A stretch of 64,000 bases of DNA from an uncultured Arcobacter sp. (lineage in GTDB: Bacteria > Campylobacterota > Campylobacteria > Campylobacterales > Arcobacteraceae), in contig OZ223300.1 of the NCBI GenBank assembly GCA_965140705.1, positions 1,983,479 to 2,047,478 of the forward strand, written 5' to 3'. Below the pieces are notes generated by a model, which ran no database searches, was not told the DNA's origin, and saw only the letters and a program-made list of their open reading frames with translations. Made by a program: the position numbers and the translations under genes. Below are positions 62,895-64,000 of this stretch, piece by piece (the stretch's first letter is position 1; each line of letters begins with the position of its first letter).

Positions 62895-64000
62895 TTGCAG
62901 TTAAAACAGTTTAATATCTTAATAAAACTATTATTTCCTATGATTATAGGCTTATTTCTCATCTCTATTATTTCTATTGGCTCAGATTTTTTTAATCTTG
63001 AAAAAAATATAAAATCTGAAGCAAAAAGCTATTTTCACAACACTTCAATTACAATTGATTATATATTAGAGAAAAATATTGATTTAATGAAGACTCTTAC
63101 TTTTCAAATAACAAAAAATAAGACAATAATGAAAGAGTTTGAAAATAATAATAAAGAGGCACTTTTTAAATCTTTATCCGTTTTATTTGAACACTATCAT
63201 ATAAATCACAATATTACTCATTTCTATTTACATAAAAAAGATCAATATAATTATTTATCAATACATGATACAAGTAAATATAAGCATTTAACTACAAAAG
63301 TTACTTTAAATGAAGCAATAAATTCATCAAAAACAGTTAGTGGTATTGAATTTGATATGAGGCATCATTTGACTCTTAGAGTTGTTTCTCCTGTTATCAA
63401 AGATGGGAAAGTTTTATTTTATATTGAATTGGGTAAAAAAATAGAAAAAATAATAAAAGAATATACAAAAGATTCTAAAGCATATATTATTTTTACAATA
63501 AATAAAAAACATATAACACAAAAAGATTTTATTAAATGGCTAGATAAAAATGATAAAGAAAGGTCTTTTGATGCTTTAGAAAACTATTATATATTAGATT
63601 CAAGTATTCCAAAAATTGATAAAGCATTAGAAAGGGATTTAAATAAACATTTAAACTTTAATAGTCAGTTTGTAGAAAATGAGGGTAAAAAATATATAAT
63701 TCATAGTCAAAGTTACTTTGATACTAGTAAAAAAGAACTAGGAAAACTCTTTATTTTAAAAGATATAACCGACCAATATAAAACTTTATACAACTCAATT
63801 TTAGAGACAACGATTATAACTTTTATTATATTACTTTTAACTGTTTGGTATTATTTTAAACATATAAGAAAGACAGAAAGTGAGTTAAATCATGCATATA
63901 GGTATGTTCAACAATTATCTGCAAAAGATGGTCTTACAAAGCTTTATAATAAACAATACTATTTAGATAATGTATTAAAATTAATTCAAAATTTTTCAAG
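62895..64000 (+). CDS. Cache-sensor diguanylate cyclase-like protein; runs off window end
   Basis: Not in the ORF track. TTG 62895 after AAGGA; TM-Cache-TM then DGLTKLYNK, the typical start of a GGDEF domain. Confidence 0.75.
   Translation, partial: MQLKQFNILIKLLFPMIIGLFLISIISIGSDFFNLEKNIKSEAKSYFHNTSITIDYILEKNIDLMKTLTFQITKNKTIMKEFENNNKEALFKSLSVLFEHYHINHNITHFYLHKKDQYNYLSIHDTSKYKHLTTKVTLNEAINSSKTVSGIEFDMRHHLTLRVVSPVIKDGKVLFYIELGKKIEKIIKEYTKDSKAYIIFTINKKHITQKDFIKWLDKNDKERSFDALENYYILDSSIPKIDKALERDLNKHLNFNSQFVENEGKKYIIHSQSYFDTSKKELGKLFILKDITDQYKTLYNSILETTIITFIILLLTVWYYFKHIRKTESELNHAYRYVQQLSAKDGLTKLYNKQYYLDNVLKLIQNFS

Noticed and set aside
1..64000. CRISPR array, tRNA/rRNA, prophage, long poly-G phase-variation tracts
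   Set aside because: None seen by eye; A/T runs are expected at this base composition

Overview
AT-rich chromosomal window from a Campylobacterota bacterium, most likely Arcobacteraceae (inferred from gene content and order: oorDABC, pyrD-M16 peptidase-dapA-SDR-pgsA-rseP, desulforubrerythrin, tsdA, pldA). It holds about 70 CDS, mostly housekeeping. I saw no rRNA, tRNA, CRISPR array, integrase or transposase. Main points of interest: (1) a two-component locus at 59.4-62.7 kb with three related ~80-aa secreted helical proteins, two of them behind near-identical promoters (two 11-bp tandem repeats, 6 bp, TATACT); (2) a stand-alone Cache sensor plus regulator and kinase directly upstream of tsdA; (3) a variable island at 25-29.6 kb with a PL7-like lyase, an Asp-box protein, a 95-bp direct repeat bounding a two-gene cassette, a duplicated promoter module and a ~460-bp highly structured non-coding element; (4) a second decayed island at 54.3-55.7 kb with gene remnants, an ERIC-like MITE and a 16-bp motif shared with the first island. 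All product calls come from motif recognition by eye, not database searches.
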